Origin: Aliivibrio fischeri ES114
GTDB taxonomy: Bacteria > Pseudomonadota > Gammaproteobacteria > Enterobacterales > Vibrionaceae
Assembly: GCF_000011805.1 (NCBI RefSeq)
Contig: NC_006840.2
DNA: 32,000 nucleotides
Direction: 5' to 3' (one strand)
Of the stretch, positions 31,213 to 32,000 are shown piece by piece. A model generated the notes under the pieces. That model did not search any database. It worked only from the letters and a program-made list of their open reading frames with translations, and was not told the origin of the DNA. The first letter of the stretch is position 1, and the number at the start of each line of letters is the position of its first letter. The translations under genes and the position numbers were made by a program.

Positions 31213-32000
31213 GATGACAGTTTTATTATTCTTACAGATCGGTCTTGTTATTGGAGGCCTAACGTTCCTTTTTATGCTTGTATCACTATGGCTTAAGAAA
31301 AAGGACTCAGAAAAAGACACTAATATATGGGCAGTTGGTCTAATTGGTGGTTTTGCAAACTTTTGTGACACTCTTGGTGTTGGAAGTTTTGCCATTAAAA
31401 CGGCTGGTTATAAGCAGTTTAATTTAATCGATGACAAAGTATTACCTGGTACCTTGAATGCTCAAGCAACCATGGCAACGGTTTTTCAAGCATTGATTTT
31501 TCTTACCGCTGTTAATGTGGATTTAACGACGCTACTTAGCCTAATTATTGCAGCGTGTGTTGGCGCAACAGTTGGTGCTCGATTAGTATCAAATTTTGAT
31601 CGCCAATTGATTCGTTTGATTATGGCTGGCGCTTTGCTGGTTGTTGCATTACTGATGTTTGCAGGACGTTTAGATTTATTCCCACTAGGTGGTGAAGAGT
31701 TAGGATTAAGTGGTGAAAAATTGGTTATCGGTATTATTGGTAACTTTATTTTTGGTGCATTAATGACGGTAGGGATTGGTTTATACGCACCGTGTATGAC
31801 GATGATTTACTTGTTAGGTATGAACCCGTTAGCGGCATTTCCTATTATGATGTGTTCATGCGCATTTTTATGTTTCTTTTCTGCTGGCGGTTTTATCAAG
31901 CAGAAAGCCGTGAACTCAAGAGCATCTTTGGTGGTGGCGATTACCGGACCTATTGGCGTGCTAATTGCGGCGTTCATTGTTAAATCTCTTGATGTCGATA
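31213..32000 (+). CDS. TSUP/TauE-SafE-like (DUF81) polytopic permease; 3' end beyond the window
   Basis: Absent from the ORF track because there is no stop in the window. Manual translation from ATG 31213 gives MTVLLFLQIGLVIGGLTFLFMLVSLWLKKKDSEKDTNIWAVGLIGGFANFCDTLGVGSFAIKTAGYK...IGIIGNFIFGALMTVGIGLYAPCMTMIYLLGMNPLAAFPIMM...ITGPIGVLIAAFIVKSLDVD. It has an uninterrupted hydrophobic pattern with two Gly-rich half-repeats. Confidence 0.55.

Noticed and set aside
1372-31983. Remaining 60-98-aa ORFs in the track: 1372-1557, 4649-4837, 5977-6213, 6397-6639, 8525-8710, 9827-10087, 11191-11445, 12060-12296, 12507-12797, 13200-13484, 14370-14594, 15650-15883, 15891-16112, 16017-16199, 16271-16567, 18531-18776, 20406-20630, 23042-23227, 23784-24026, 25710-25988, 29031-29222, 31195-31395, 31792-31983
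   Set aside because: All are nested in, or antisense or out of frame to, much longer ORFs with clear homology. Their translations have no recognisable motifs.
1-32000. CRISPR arrays, IS elements, prophage or integrase genes, rRNA
   Set aside because: None was seen on either strand. The only repeats are the 248-bp pair, the 3x14-bp and 3x5-bp tandem repeats, the tRNA duplication and the operator palindromes.

Overview
This 32-kb chromosomal window comes from a low-GC marine gammaproteobacterium. It is most likely Vibrionaceae, Aliivibrio/Vibrio fischeri-like. That attribution is an inference from the CpdP-type periplasmic cAMP phosphodiesterase, the tandem tRNA-Val(GAC) genes and the general look of the proteins; no search was run. 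All homology calls are by-eye comparisons with family motifs recalled from memory, and hairpin and repeat coordinates were hand-counted.

Most of the window is ordinary core or accessory DNA:
- yajQ (partial, missed by the ORF track), aroH-like DAHP synthase, a stand-alone PpsA-C-terminal-like domain protein, an unknown membrane protein and a CvfB/YitL S1 protein.
- A Cache-GGDEF cyclase, two tRNA-Val genes, an omptin protease and an Lpp-like/LysM lipoprotein.
- A LacI-regulator/NhaC-transporter/PatB-MalY C-S lyase operon, cpdP, a beta-propeller lipoprotein and yciA.
- A TetR-controlled redox cluster (DUF417/RclC-like, VOC, double-CxxC glutaredoxin, TVP38).
- A lipoprotein amidohydrolase, a MATE pump, umuD plus a doubly inactivated umuC behind an intact LexA box, a PheC-like binding-fold protein, and a TSUP-like permease (partial, also missed by the ORF track).

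The outstanding feature is a markedly AT-rich ~4.75-kb cassette at 9109-13862. It is bracketed by ~248-bp, ~93%-identical direct repeats, each consisting of a bidirectional terminator plus the last 65 codons of the C-S lyase gene. The cassette encodes four tightly packed genes:
- a PEP phosphomutase carrying the EDKX5NS signature;
- a DcuC-family carrier;
- a RimK-like ATP-grasp ligase;
- an Ldh_2 (malate/sulfolactate dehydrogenase family) oxidoreductase.

No phosphonopyruvate decarboxylase or any other classical phosphonate gene is present. I read this as a candidate undescribed minimal phosphonate system, either phosphonopyruvate -> phosphonolactate -> ligated product or the reverse catabolic route. 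It was probably acquired by homology-driven rather than integrase- or transposase-driven insertion.

No CRISPR array, IS element, integrase or prophage genes were seen.
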